Shown: positions 21,699-33,297 of the stretch, in pieces
How the letters are laid out: the number at the start of each line of letters is the position of its first letter
How positions within the stretch are numbered: the stretch's first letter is position 1
Source of the DNA: Escherichia coli
GTDB lineage: Bacteria; Pseudomonadota; Gammaproteobacteria; Enterobacterales; Enterobacteriaceae
Assembly (NCBI RefSeq): GCF_024223415.1
Contig: NZ_CP100500.1
Length of the DNA stretch: 64,000 nucleotides
Direction: 5' to 3' (one strand)
Program-made: the position numbers and the translations under genes
The notes under the pieces: generated by a model
Databases searched by the model: none
Told to the model about the DNA's origin: nothing
What the model saw: only the letters and a program-made list of their open reading frames with translations

Positions 21699-23126
21699 TT
21701 GAAACGCTGGCCCGTTTTTCCCCGCTCATTACGACAACTGGTAATGCTGGCATTTTTGCTGATTCTGCTGCCCCTGTTGGTGCTGGCATGGCAAGCCTGG
21801 CAAAGCCTGAATGCGCTTAGCGACCAGGCGGCGCTGGTCAACCGCACCACGCTTATCGATGCCCGGCGCAGCGAAGCAATGACCAACGCGGCGCTGGAGA
21901 TGGAGCGTAGCTACCGTCAGTATTGCGTGCTGGACGACCCTACGCTTGCGAAGGTTTATCAAAGCCAGCGCAAGCGTTACAGCGAAATGCTCGATGCCCA
22001 CGCAGGCGTACTGCCAGACGATAAACTTTACCAGGCATTGCGTCAGGACTTGAACAATCTGGCCCAACTTCAGTGCAACAACAGTGGTCCCGATGCTGCT
22101 GCTGCCGCGCGTCTGGAAGCCTTTGCCAGTGCCAATACCGAAATGGTACAGGCCACGCGCACAGTAGTGTTCTCTCGTGGGCAGCAACTTCAGCGTGAAA
22201 TCGCCGAACGTGGGCAATATTTTGGTTGGCAATCGCTGGTGCTATTTCTGGTGAGTCTGGTAATGGTACTGCTTTTCACGCGGATGATTATTGGTCCGGT
22301 GAAAAATATCGAGAGGATGATCAACCGGTTGGGGGAAGGGCGTTCTCTGGGCAATAGCGTTTCGTTCAGTGGACCGAGCGAGTTACGCTCGGTTGGGCAA
22401 CGTATTCTTTGGTTAAGTGAGCGCCTGTCATGGCTGGAATCCCAACGCCATCAATTTTTAAGACATTTATCTCATGAATTAAAAACGCCACTGGCGAGTA
22501 TGCGCGAGGGCACTGAATTACTGGCTGATCAGGTTGTCGGGCCGCTTACGCCAGAGCAAAAAGAGGTGGTGAGCATTCTTGATAGCAGCAGCCGCAATTT
22601 GCAAAAACTGATCGAACAACTGCTTGATTACAACCGTAAACAGGCGGACAGTGCGGTGGAACTGGAGAATGTTGAATTAGCACCGCTGGTGGAGACAGTG
22701 GTTTCTGCTCATAGCCTGCCCGCACGGGCTAAAATGATGCATACCGACGTCGATCTCAAAGCAACAGCTTGCCTGGCGGAGCCAATGCTGCTGATGAGCG
22801 TACTGGATAATCTTTACTCCAATGCGGTGCACTACGGGGCTGAATCCGGTAACATTTGCCTTCGCAGCAGTTTACATGGTGCGCGGGTTTATATTGATGT
22901 CATCAATACAGGCACGCCCATTCCGCAAGAGGAACGCGCCATGATCTTCGAACCCTTTTTTCAGGGAAGCCACCAGCGAAAAGGGGCGGTGAAGGGCAGC
23001 GGTCTGGGATTAAGCATTGCCAGGGATTGTATTCGCCGTATGCAAGGGGAACTGTATCTGGTCGACGAGAGCGGGCAAGACGTTTGTTTCCGCATTGAAT
23101 TACCGTCGTCGAAAAACACGAAATAA
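21699..23126 (+). CDS. glrK: Sensor histidine kinase GlrK (QseE)
   Basis: Two TM segments, HAMP and HisKA (HELKTPL) plus ATPase domains; TTG start at 21699 gives 475 aa; ORF frame opens at 21636. Confidence 0.88.
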   Translation: MKRWPVFPRSLRQLVMLAFLLILLPLLVLAWQAWQSLNALSDQAALVNRTTLIDARRSEAMTNAALEMERSYRQYCVLDDPTLAKVYQSQRKRYSEMLDAHAGVLPDDKLYQALRQDLNNLAQLQCNNSGPDAAAAARLEAFASANTEMVQATRTVVFSRGQQLQREIAERGQYFGWQSLVLFLVSLVMVLLFTRMIIGPVKNIERMINRLGEGRSLGNSVSFSGPSELRSVGQRILWLSERLSWLESQRHQFLRHLSHELKTPLASMREGTELLADQVVGPLTPEQKEVVSILDSSSRNLQKLIEQLLDYNRKQADSAVELENVELAPLVETVVSAHSLPARAKMMHTDVDLKATACLAEPMLLMSVLDNLYSNAVHYGAESGNICLRSSLHGARVYIDVINTGTPIPQEERAMIFEPFFQGSHQRKGAVKGSGLGLSIARDCIRRMQGELYLVDESGQDVCFRIELPSSKNTK

Positions 23127-23290
23127 TGCTAACAGCCTATCCCATCAGGCTATTTTATTTGTCAGTTCGGCCCCGGGCAGTGCTCGAAATCCTCACGTAC
23201 GACATGTACGCTCCGGTTTCTCCGCGCTGTCCATGTCCAAACTGTCTGCAACAATTACGCCCACTGGGATAGGCTTTAAGTCTGGTGAAT

Positions 23291-24004
23291 ATGCGACACA
23301 TTTTTCAACGATTATTGCCCCGACGGCTGTGGCTGGCAGGGCTGCCATGTCTGGCATTGCTGGGTTGCGTGCAGAATCACAATAAGCCAGCCATTGATAC
23401 GCCAGCAGAAGAAAAAATTCCGGTTTATCAACTGGCTGACTATCTTTCTACTGAATGTAGCGACATCTGGGCGCTGCAAGGTAAATCAACCGAAACCAAT
23501 CCGCTTTACTGGCTGCGGGCGATGGATTGTGCTGATCGTTTAATGCCTGCGCAGTCGCGTCAGCAAGCTCGCCAATATGACGACGGCAGCTGTCAAAATA
23601 CCTTTAAACAAGGGATTTTGCTCGCCGACGCCAAAATTACGCCGTATGAGCGCCGCCAGCTGGTCGCGCGCATTGATGCGTTAAGTACCGAGATCCCGGC
23701 ACAGGTTCGCCCTCTGTATCAACTCTGGCGCGACGGTCAGGCGCTACAACTGCAACTGGCGGAAGAGCGCCAACGCTACGGCAAACTCCAGCAATCCAGC
23801 GACAGCGAGCTGGATACATTGCGCCAGCAACATCACGTTCTACAACAGCAGCTGGAACTCACCACCCGCAAGCTGGAAAACCTGACCGATATTGAACGCC
23901 AGCTCTCGACCCGCAAACCGGCTGGAAATTTCTCGCCGGATACGCCGCACGAGGGTGAAAAGCCCGCGCCATCCACCCATGAGGTCACTCCTGATGAGCC
24001 ATAA
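23291..24004 (+). CDS. qseG: Outer-membrane lipoprotein QseG (YfhG)
   Basis: 237 aa, lipobox LLGC; lies between glrK and glrR as in K-12. Confidence 0.85.
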   Translation: MRHIFQRLLPRRLWLAGLPCLALLGCVQNHNKPAIDTPAEEKIPVYQLADYLSTECSDIWALQGKSTETNPLYWLRAMDCADRLMPAQSRQQARQYDDGSCQNTFKQGILLADAKITPYERRQLVARIDALSTEIPAQVRPLYQLWRDGQALQLQLAEERQRYGKLQQSSDSELDTLRQQHHVLQQQLELTTRKLENLTDIERQLSTRKPAGNFSPDTPHEGEKPAPSTHEVTPDEP

Positions 24005-25328
24005 ACCTGCGCATTTATTATTGGTCGATGACGATCCGGGATTGCTGAAACTGCTTGGCCTGCGCCTGACCAGCGAAGGCTACAGTGTGGTCACGGCGGA
24101 AAGTGGCGCTGAAGGATTACGGGTACTGAATCGCGAAAAAGTAGATTTAGTTATCAGCGACCTGCGGATGGATGAAATGGACGGTATGCAGCTGTTTGCT
24201 GAAATCCAGAAAGTGCAGCCGGGAATGCCGGTAATTATTCTTACCGCGCATGGTTCTATTCCCGATGCCGTTGCTGCAACACAGCAGGGCGTTTTTAGTT
24301 TCCTCACCAAGCCTGTCGATAAAGACGCGCTATATCAGGCAATTGATGATGCGCTGGAACAATCCGCGCCAGCCACCGACGAACGCTGGCGCGAGGCGAT
24401 TGTCACCCGCAGCCCGCTGATGCTGCGTTTGCTGGAACAGGCGCGGCTGGTGGCGCAATCAGACGTCAGCGTTTTGATTAATGGCCAGAGCGGCACCGGG
24501 AAAGAGATTTTCGCCCAGGCTATCCACAACGCCAGCCCGCGCAATAGCAAACCATTTATTGCTATTAACTGTGGTGCATTGCCTGAGCAATTGCTGGAGT
24601 CGGAGCTGTTTGGTCATGCGCGTGGCGCGTTTACTGGCGCTGTCAGCAATCGCGAAGGTTTATTCCAGGCAGCGGAAGGCGGAACGCTATTTCTCGATGA
24701 GATTGGCGATATGCCTGCGCCGTTGCAGGTCAAACTGTTGCGCGTGTTGCAGGAGCGTAAAGTGCGCCCGCTGGGCAGTAACCGCGATATTGATATCAAT
24801 GTGCGGATTATTTCTGCCACTCACCGTGATCTGCCAAAAGCGATGGCGCGCGGGGAATTCCGCGAAGATCTCTATTACCGCCTCAACGTTGTCAGCCTGA
24901 AAATTCCGGCACTGGCGGAGCGCACAGAAGACATTCCGCTACTGGCAAATCACCTGTTGCGCCAGGCGGCAGAGCGACATAAACCGTTTGTCCGCGCGTT
25001 TTCCACCGATGCGATGAAACGCCTGATGACCGCGAGCTGGCCGGGTAATGTGCGCCAGTTGGTCAACGTGATTGAACAGTGCGTGGCGCTGACCTCATCT
25101 CCGGTGATTAGCGATGCATTAGTAGAGCAGGCGCTGGAGGGTGAAAATACGGCGCTGCCAACCTTTGTTGAGGCACGTAATCAGTTTGAACTCAACTATT
25201 TGCGTAAGCTGCTGCAAATTACCAAAGGCAACGTCACCCACGCGGCGAGAATGGCGGGGCGCAACCGGACAGAATTTTATAAACTGCTTTCCCGACACGA
25301 GCTGGATGCAAACGATTTCAAGGAATGA
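23994..25328 (+). CDS. glrR: Sigma54-dependent response regulator GlrR (QseF)
   Basis: Receiver domain, AAA+ sigma54-activation domain (GESGTGKE-like, GAFTGA) and C-terminal HTH; start overlaps the qseG 3' end. Confidence 0.9.
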   Translation: MSHKPAHLLLVDDDPGLLKLLGLRLTSEGYSVVTAESGAEGLRVLNREKVDLVISDLRMDEMDGMQLFAEIQKVQPGMPVIILTAHGSIPDAVAATQQGVFSFLTKPVDKDALYQAIDDALEQSAPATDERWREAIVTRSPLMLRLLEQARLVAQSDVSVLINGQSGTGKEIFAQAIHNASPRNSKPFIAINCGALPEQLLESELFGHARGAFTGAVSNREGLFQAAEGGTLFLDEIGDMPAPLQVKLLRVLQERKVRPLGSNRDIDINVRIISATHRDLPKAMARGEFREDLYYRLNVVSLKIPALAERTEDIPLLANHLLRQAAERHKPFVRAFSTDAMKRLMTASWPGNVRQLVNVIEQCVALTSSPVISDALVEQALEGENTALPTFVEARNQFELNYLRKLLQITKGNVTHAARMAGRNRTEFYKLLSRHELDANDFKE

Positions 25329-25352
25329 ATTGGCGTTATGTGTTACGTTTAG

Positions 25353-25727
<375 letters not shown>

Positions 25728-25740
25728 ACCGCGTCAAGGG

Positions 25741-25764
25741 TTGCCGGATGTTTCCATCCGGCAA
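25741..25764. terminator. Bidirectional terminator between glnB and hmp
   Basis: ttgccggatg-tttc-catccggcaa perfect hairpin. Confidence 0.6.
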
Positions 25765-25771
25765 CATCAAA

Positions 25772-26962
25772 TCACAGCACCTTATGCGGGCCAAAGCATT
25801 CGTAATGAATGTTTTCCTGCTTCACGCCCAGATCCACTAACTGTTTCGCGGCAAACTGCATGAAGCCAACCGGGCCGCAGAGATAGAACTGCATTGTCGG
25901 ATCGCTGAACGCACCTTCCAGTTTGCTCAAATCCATCAGACCTTCGCTATCAAACTGACCTTTAGCGCGATCGGCTTCGCTCGGCTGACGATACCAGGTG
26001 TGCGCGGTAAAGCGCGGCAGTGACTGCCCCAGTTCCTTAACTTCATCGGCAAAGGCGTGAACATCGCCATTTTCTGCCGCATGGAACCAGTTCACTTGTG
26101 CTGTGTGGCCTGCTTTTGCCAGCGTGTCGAGCATTGCCAGCATTGGCGTTTGACCAACACCGGCAGAGATTAACGTCACTGGTGTGTCATCTGCGACAGC
26201 CATAAAGAAATCACCTGCCGGAGCGACCAGTTTCACGACATCGCCAACATTGGCGTGATTGTGCAACCAGTTGGATACCTGCCCACCCTCTTCGCGTTTC
26301 ACCGCAATACGATAGCCTTTGCCATCCGGTTTGCGAGTCAAAGAGTACTGACGAATTTCCTGATGCGGGAAACCTTCCGGCTTCAGCCAGACGCCGAGAT
26401 ATTGCCCCGGACGGTATTCTGCCACTGCGCCACCGTCGACCGGCTCCAGTTCGAAGCTGGTGATAAGCGCGCTGCGCGGTGTTTTAGCCACAATGCGGAA
26501 ATCGCGAGTACCTTCCCAACCACCGGCTTTGCTGGCGTTTTCGTTATAGATTTCCGCCTCGCGATTGATAAATACATTAGCCAGTACGCCATAGGCTTTA
26601 CCCCACGCGTCCAGCACTTCCTGCCCCGGGCTGAACATTTCGTCCAGCGTTGCCAACAGGTGTTCACCGACGATGTTGTACTGTTCCGGTTTGATCTGGA
26701 AACTGGTGTGCTTCTGCGCGATTTTTTCTACCGCTGGCAGCAGTGCAGGCAGGTTTTCAATATTACTGGCGTAGGCGGCAATAGCGTTAAACAGGGCTTC
26801 ACGTTGATCGCCATTACGCTGGTTACTCATGTTAAAAATTTCTTTGAGTTCTGGGTTATGAGTAAACATACGGTCGTAGAAATGGGCGGTTAACTTTGGC
26901 CCCGTTTCCACCAGTAAAGGGATGGTGGCTTTTACTGTAGCGATGGTTTGAGCGTCAAGCAT
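25772..26962 (-). CDS. hmp: Flavohemoglobin / nitric oxide dioxygenase
   Basis: 396 aa from [17 protein letters not shown]; globin domain plus FAD/NAD-binding reductase domain. Confidence 0.95.
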
Positions 26963-26990
26963 ATGGTCTTCCTTTTTTTGCATCTTAATT

Positions 26991-27011
26991 GATGTATTTC
27001 AAATGCATCTT
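26991..27011. promoter_or_regulatory. NsrR-type operator at the hmp promoter
   Basis: aagatgcatttgaaatacatc (hmp strand): AT-rich inverted repeat resembling the NsrR consensus, just upstream of hmp. Confidence 0.5.
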
Positions 27012-27291
27012 ATAAAAAATAGCCCTGCAATGTAAATGGTTCTTTGGTGTTTTTCAGAAAGAATGTGATGAAGTGAAAAATTTGCATCACAAACCTGAAA
27101 AGAAATCCGTTTCCGGTTGCAAGCTCTTTATTCTCCAAAGCCTTGCGTAGCCTGAAGGTAATCGTTTGCGTAAATTCCTTTGTCAAGACCTGTTATCGCA
27201 CAATGATTCGGTTATACTGTTCGCCGTTGTCCATCAGGACCGCCAAAATTAGGCGAAAAAATTTTATTGTTAGCTGAGTCAGGAGATGCGG

Positions 27292-28545
27292 ATGTTAAAG
27301 CGTGAAATGAACATTGCCGATTATGATGCCGAACTGTGGCAGGCTATGGAGCAGGAAAAAGTACGTCAGGAAGAGCACATCGAACTGATCGCCTCCGAAA
27401 ACTACACCAGCCCGCGCGTAATGCAGGCGCAGGGTTCTCAGCTGACCAACAAATATGCTGAAGGTTATCCGGGCAAACGCTACTACGGCGGTTGCGAGTA
27501 TGTTGATATCGTTGAACAACTGGCGATCGATCGTGCGAAAGAACTGTTCGGCGCTGACTACGCTAACGTCCAGCCGCACTCCGGCTCCCAGGCTAACTTT
27601 GCGGTCTACACCGCGCTGCTGGAACCAGGTGATACCGTTCTGGGTATGAACCTGGCGCATGGCGGTCACCTGACTCACGGTTCTCCGGTTAACTTCTCCG
27701 GTAAACTGTACAACATCGTTCCTTACGGTATCGATGCTACCGGTCATATCGACTACGCCGATCTGGAAAAACAAGCCAAAGAACACAAGCCGAAAATGAT
27801 TATCGGTGGTTTCTCTGCATATTCCGGCGTGGTTGACTGGGCGAAAATGCGTGAAATCGCTGACAGCATCGGTGCTTACCTGTTCGTTGATATGGCGCAC
27901 GTTGCGGGCCTGGTTGCTGCTGGCGTCTACCCGAACCCGGTTCCTCATGCTCACGTTGTTACTACCACCACTCACAAAACCCTGGCGGGTCCGCGCGGCG
28001 GCCTGATCCTGGCGAAAGGTGGTAGCGAAGAGCTGTACAAAAAACTGAACTCTGCCGTTTTCCCTGGTGGTCAGGGCGGTCCGTTGATGCACGTAATCGC
28101 CGGTAAAGCGGTTGCTCTGAAAGAAGCGATGGAGCCTGAGTTCAAAACTTACCAGCAGCAGGTCGCTAAAAACGCTAAAGCGATGGTAGAAGTGTTCCTG
28201 GAACGCGGCTACAAAGTGGTTTCCGGCGGCACTGATAACCACCTGTTCCTGGTTGATCTGGTTGATAAAAACCTGACCGGTAAAGAAGCAGACGCCGCTC
28301 TGGGCCGTGCTAATATCACCGTCAACAAAAACAGCGTACCGAACGATCCGAAGAGCCCGTTTGTGACCTCCGGTATTCGCGTGGGTACTCCGGCGATTAC
28401 GCGTCGCGGCTTCAAAGAAGCAGAAGCGAAAGAACTGGCTGGCTGGATGTGTGACGTGCTGGACAGCATCAATGATGAAGCCGTTATCGAGCGCATCAAA
28501 GGTAAAGTTCTCGACATCTGCGCACGTTACCCGGTTTACGCATAA
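27292..28545 (+). CDS. glyA: Serine hydroxymethyltransferase
   Basis: 417 aa from [15 protein letters not shown]-lysine motif [14 protein letters not shown]. Confidence 0.95.
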
Positions 28546-28565
28546 GCGAAACGGTTAATCTGTTG

Positions 28566-28594
28566 AAAAAAGGCTTCCTTCGGGAAGCCTTTCT
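28566..28594. terminator. Bidirectional terminator between glyA and yphH
   Basis: aggcttcc-ttcg-ggaagcct hairpin flanked by an A-run and a T-rich stretch. Confidence 0.65.
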
Positions 28595-28608
28595 ACGTTA
28601 TCGCGCCA

Positions 28609-29808
28609 TCAAATCTGTCGTAACTGCGCCTCAACATACAAATAGCCAATTCCCAGCACCTGTTGTGCGCGGCTTAATTGCCCGAAGCCAATTTGCGTCG
28701 CTTTCACGCTCGGTCCTTCGTCGCGGTCGAACGGGTTAAATCCCGTCTGGCGAATAATGGTATTAAGCCAGTGCTCACCAAAGGCACAACTGCGACCGTA
28801 CAACCAAATCTGATTAATATTGAGGATGTTGAGGAAGTTATACAGACTCAAACCAATGGCATTGGCACTGCGGTCAACCCAGCTGGTGATCCACGGTTCT
28901 CCACTCTGCCAGGCAGCGATTAACTGCGCTGTAGTCAGTTTTTCAGGATCAAGCTGAGTATTAACCGGTTGTGATTTTAGCCATACCCGCGCCTGTTTTT
29001 TTAAAGCACTTAACGAGGCGACGGTTTCCAGGCAGCCGTAACGTCCACAGTCGCAGACGACGCCATCCGGATTAACGATGGTGTGACCAATCTGTCCGCT
29101 ACCATACAAACTGCCGCGATAAATTTGCTCGTTAATCACGAACGACGAGCCAATGCCGTAATCAACGTTGATCACGCAGAAATCCCGTTCCTGCGAATTA
29201 TTTTGCCATTTCTCCGCCAGCGCCAGCATCACGCAGTCATTATCGACCATCACCCGAATGCCGAGCTTCTCTTCCAGCAGATACTTCACCTCAACCGGCG
29301 TTGTCCAGGGCGCTTGCGGCATGGTTTGCGACACTCCGGTCACAGGATCAACCTGACCGTGGATTGCCAGCGCCAGATTGATGGCGCGGTCCGGCCACAA
29401 TTTACGGTGGCGATGCCAGCATTTTTCGATTTCGGACAGCAGCGCCTGCGGCGTCGGTGCATCAATCTGTAAATACTCAAATTCACCTTTCGGACTTAAA
29501 CAAGCATTAGCAACCTGACACTCAATACTGGTGGGCGTCACGTTCAGACACAGCGTCCAGTCACCTTCCGGCGCAATCAGCCATGTACCGCTACTATGCC
29601 CGCGCGTCTGGCTTTCATCGTCGATATTCACCACCCGTTTTTCGCTTTCCAGTTCCTGCAAAATATTACTGACTGCCGGAATCGAAATTTGCGCCAGCCG
29701 GGCCAGCGTTGATTTATTGGCGCGCTTTTGCCGGTACAGCAGTTCCAGAATCACGCATTTGTTATGGTGGCGAATCTGTTGATTGTTAATGCAGGCTCTC
29801 ATCTTCAC
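28609..29808 (-). CDS. yphH: ROK/NagC-family transcriptional regulator
   Basis: 399 aa; N-terminal HTH and ROK sugar-kinase-like fold with CxCGxxGC zinc motif (CDCGRYGC). Confidence 0.85.
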   Translation of the reverse strand: MKMRACINNQQIRHHNKCVILELLYRQKRANKSTLARLAQISIPAVSNILQELESEKRVVNIDDESQTRGHSSGTWLIAPEGDWTLCLNVTPTSIECQVANACLSPKGEFEYLQIDAPTPQALLSEIEKCWHRHRKLWPDRAINLALAIHGQVDPVTGVSQTMPQAPWTTPVEVKYLLEEKLGIRVMVDNDCVMLALAEKWQNNSQERDFCVINVDYGIGSSFVINEQIYRGSLYGSGQIGHTIVNPDGVVCDCGRYGCLETVASLSALKKQARVWLKSQPVNTQLDPEKLTTAQLIAAWQSGEPWITSWVDRSANAIGLSLYNFLNILNINQIWLYGRSCAFGEHWLNTIIRQTGFNPFDRDEGPSVKATQIGFGQLSRAQQVLGIGYLYVEAQLRQI

Positions 29809-29919
29809 TAAACCTTGTTTAGTTAATTGCGTGATTATTCCGCGAAAACATTGCCAGATTGTTCAATACACTGCCACAAATCTTTTAATTCAGTATGTCT
29901 TGTTAATATTGAGGGCACC

Positions 29920-32900
29920 ATGACTCCAGTAAAAGTGTGGCAAGAGCGCGTTGAGATCCCGACCTATGAAACCGGGCCGCAGGATATACATCCCATGTTC
30001 CTGGAAAATCGCGTTTATCAGGGATCGTCCGGCGCGGTTTATCCCTACGGCGTGACCGATACGCTGAGCGAGCAGAAAACCCTGAAATCCTGGCAGGCGG
30101 TGTGGCTGGAAAACGACTACATCAAAGTGATGATCCTGCCGGAATTGGGCGGTCGGGTGCATCGCGCATGGGATAAAGTGAAACAACGCGATTTTGTCTA
30201 TCACAATGAAGTCATTAAACCTGCGCTGGTGGGGCTGCTGGGACCGTGGATCTCTGGCGGGATTGAGTTTAACTGGCCGCAACACCATCGCCCGACCACC
30301 TTTATGCCCGTTGATTTCACCCTCGAAGCCCATGAAGACGGTGCACAGACGGTGTGGGTCGGCGAAACGGAGCCGATGCATGGTTTACAGGTGATGACAG
30401 GTTTCACCCTGCGCCCTGACCGGGCGGCGCTGGAAATCGCCAGCCGCGTCTATAACGGCAACGCCACACCGCGTCATTTCTTGTGGTGGGCCAACCCGGC
30501 AGTGAAAGGGGGTGAAGGGCATCAGAGCGTTTTCCCGCCGGATGTGACTGCGGTGTTTGATCACGGCAAACGGGCCGTCTCCGCTTTCCCCATCGCCACC
30601 GGCACTTACTACAAAGTGGACTACTCCGCTGGAGTGGACATTTCTCGCTATAAAAATGTGCCTGTTCCAACCTCATATATGGCCGAAAAATCGCAGTACG
30701 ATTTTGTCGGCGCGTGGTGTCACGATGAAGATGGTGGTTTGCTGCACGTTGCCAACCACCATATTGCGCCAGGTAAAAAACAGTGGAGTTGGGGACACAG
30801 TGAATTTGGCCAGGCGTGGGATAAGAGTCTGACCGACAATAACGGCCCGTATATCGAACTGATGACCGGTATTTTTGCCGATAACCAGCCTGATTTTACC
30901 TGGCTTGATGCTTACGAAGAGAAGCGTTTCGAGCAGTATTTCCTGCCTTATCATTCTCTGGGCATGGTGCAAAATGCCTCCCGCGATGCGGTGATAAAAC
31001 TCCAGCGTAGTGAGCGGGGGATTGAGTGGGGGCTGTATGCCATCTCTCCGTTGAACGGATACCGCCTGGCGATCCGCGAAATCGGCAAATGCAACGCGTT
31101 ACTTGATGATGCCGTGGCACTGATGCCTGCGACCGCCATCCAGGGCGTGTTGCACGGTATCAATCCTGAAAGGCTGACCATTGAGCTCTCCGATGCCGAC
31201 GGCAATATTGTACTGAGTTATCAGGAACATCAGCCGCAAGAGTTGCCGTTGCCGGACGTCGCCAAAGCGCCACTGGCAGCACAAGACATTACCAGTACAG
31301 ATGAAGCCTGGTTTATCGGTCAGCATCTGGAGCAATATCATCACGCCAGCCGTTCACCGTTCGATTACTACCTGCGCGGCGTGGCGCTGGATCCGCTGGA
31401 TTACCGCTGTAACCTGGCGCTGGCGATGCTGGAGTATAACCGCGCAGATTTCCCGCAAGCGGTGGCGTATGCCACTCAGGCTCTGAAACGCGCACATGCG
31501 CTGAACAAAAATCCGCAGTGCGGACAGGCGAGTTTGATTCGCGCCAGTGCTTACGAACGTCAGGGACAATATCAACAAGCCGAAGAGGATTTCTGGCGTG
31601 CGGTCTGGAGCGGCAACAGTAAAGCCGGAGGCTATTATGGTCTGGCACGACTGGCGGCGCGTAATGGTAACTTCGACGCGGGTCTGGATTTTTGCCAACA
31701 AAGTCTTCGCGCCTGCCCAACCAATCAGGAAGTGCTTTGCCTGCATAATCTGCTGCTGGTGTTAAGTGGTCGTCAGGACAACGCGCGTTTGCAGCGCGAG
31801 AAACTGCTGCGCGATTATCCGCTGAACGCCACTCTGTGGTGGCTGAACTGGTTCGATGGTCGTAGCGAATCAGCTCTCGCGCAGTGGCGCGGTCTGTGTC
31901 AGGGACGCGACGTTAACGCCCTGATGACCGCCGGGCAACTGATTAACTGGGGAATGCCCACCCTGGCGGCAGAGATGCTGAACGCACTGGACTGCCAGCG
32001 CACGCTGCCGCTTTACCTGCAAGCCAGCTTGCTGCCGAAAGCCGAACGTGGCGAACTGGTCGCAAAAGCCATTGATCTCTTCCCGCAGTTTGTCCGTTTC
32101 CCGAATACGCTGGAAGACGTGGCGGCGCTGGAGAGTATTGAAGAGTGCTGGTTTGCTCGCCATTTACTGGCCTGCTTCTACTACAACAAACGTAGCTACA
32201 ACAAAGCCATTGCCTTATGGCAACGTTGCGTAGAGATGTCGCCGGAGTTTGCCGACGGCTGGCGCGGGTTAGCGATCCATGCGTGGAATAAGCAACACGA
32301 TTATGAGCTGGCCGCGCGTTATCTTGATAATGCTTATCAGCTTGCGCCACAGGATGCACGTCTGCTTTTCGAACGGGATTTACTGGATAAGTTAAGCGGA
32401 GCCGCACCGGAGAAACGACTGGCGCGTCTGGAAAATAATCTGGAAATTGCCCTGAAACGTGACGACATGACCGCAGAATTAATTAATTTGTGGCATCTCA
32501 CCGGTCAGGCAGACAAAGCGGCGGACATTCTCGCCACGCGCAAATTCCACCCGTGGGAAGGCGGGGAAGGGAAGGTCACCAGTCAGTTTATCCTCAACCA
32601 GTTATTACGCGCCTGGCAGCATCTTGATGCCAGACAGCCGCAGCAGGCCAGCGAACTGCTTCATGACGCGCTGCATTATCCGGAGAATTTAAGCGAAGGC
32701 CGTTTACCGGGGCAAACTGATAACGACATCTGGTTCTGGCAGGCGATATGTGCCAACGCGCAGGGCGATCAAACTGAAGCGACGCGTTGTTTACGTCTGG
32801 CGGCGACCGGCGATCGCACTATTAACATTCACAGTTATTACAACGATCAGCCGGTTGATTATCTCTTCTGGCAAGGAATGGCGCTGCGACTGCTGGGCGA

Positions 32901-33201
32901 ACAACAAATCGCACAGCAACTGTTTAGTGAAATGAAACAGTGGGCGCAAGAGATGGCGAAAACCAGTATTGAGGCAGATTTCTTTGCCGTCTCGCAACCT
33001 GACTTGTTGTCGCTGTATGGCGATTTACAACAGCAGCATAAAGAAAAATGCCTGATGGTGGCGATGCTGGCGTCCGCGGGACTCGGGGAGGTTGCGCAAT
33101 ATGAGTCTGCTCGCGCTGAATTGACGGCGATTAATCCGGCCTGGCCGAAAGCGGCATTATTCACCACTGTGATGCCTTTTATTTTTAACTACGTTCACTA
33201 A
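29920..33201 (+). CDS. yphG: Large TPR-repeat protein YphG
   Basis: 1093 aa from MTPVKVWQERVEI (SD GAGGG upstream); ORF frame opens at 29827; synteny. Confidence 0.8.
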   Translation: MTPVKVWQERVEIPTYETGPQDIHPMFLENRVYQGSSGAVYPYGVTDTLSEQKTLKSWQAVWLENDYIKVMILPELGGRVHRAWDKVKQRDFVYHNEVIKPALVGLLGPWISGGIEFNWPQHHRPTTFMPVDFTLEAHEDGAQTVWVGETEPMHGLQVMTGFTLRPDRAALEIASRVYNGNATPRHFLWWANPAVKGGEGHQSVFPPDVTAVFDHGKRAVSAFPIATGTYYKVDYSAGVDISRYKNVPVPTSYMAEKSQYDFVGAWCHDEDGGLLHVANHHIAPGKKQWSWGHSEFGQAWDKSLTDNNGPYIELMTGIFADNQPDFTWLDAYEEKRFEQYFLPYHSLGMVQNASRDAVIKLQRSERGIEWGLYAISPLNGYRLAIREIGKCNALLDDAVALMPATAIQGVLHGINPERLTIELSDADGNIVLSYQEHQPQELPLPDVAKAPLAAQDITSTDEAWFIGQHLEQYHHASRSPFDYYLRGVALDPLDYRCNLALAMLEYNRADFPQAVAYATQALKRAHALNKNPQCGQASLIRASAYERQGQYQQAEEDFWRAVWSGNSKAGGYYGLARLAARNGNFDAGLDFCQQSLRACPTNQEVLCLHNLLLVLSGRQDNARLQREKLLRDYPLNATLWWLNWFDGRSESALAQWRGLCQGRDVNALMTAGQLINWGMPTLAAEMLNALDCQRTLPLYLQASLLPKAERGELVAKAIDLFPQFVRFPNTLEDVAALESIEECWFARHLLACFYYNKRSYNKAIALWQRCVEMSPEFADGWRGLAIHAWNKQHDYELAARYLDNAYQLAPQDARLLFERDLLDKLSGAAPEKRLARLENNLEIALKRDDMTAELINLWHLTGQADKAADILATRKFHPWEGGEGKVTSQFILNQLLRAWQHLDARQPQQASELLHDALHYPENLSEGRLPGQTDNDIWFWQAICANAQGDQTEATRCLRLAATGDRTINIHSYYNDQPVDYLFWQGMALRLLGEQQIAQQLFSEMKQWAQEMAKTSIEADFFAVSQPDLLSLYGDLQQQHKEKCLMVAMLASAGLGEVAQYESARAELTAINPAWPKAALFTTVMPFIFNYVH

Positions 33202-33297
33202 ACCCTATTAACTGTAATATTTGAGCGGCACGCGCTGCCGCTCATCACAAAATAATTAGAATAAGCCGTTGTTAATAAAAACCCTACAGGAGGCTCT

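Noticed and set aside
26255-26893. 212-aa plus-strand ORF
   Set aside because: Antisense to hmp.
27295-28242. 315-aa minus-strand ORF
   Set aside because: Antisense to glyA.
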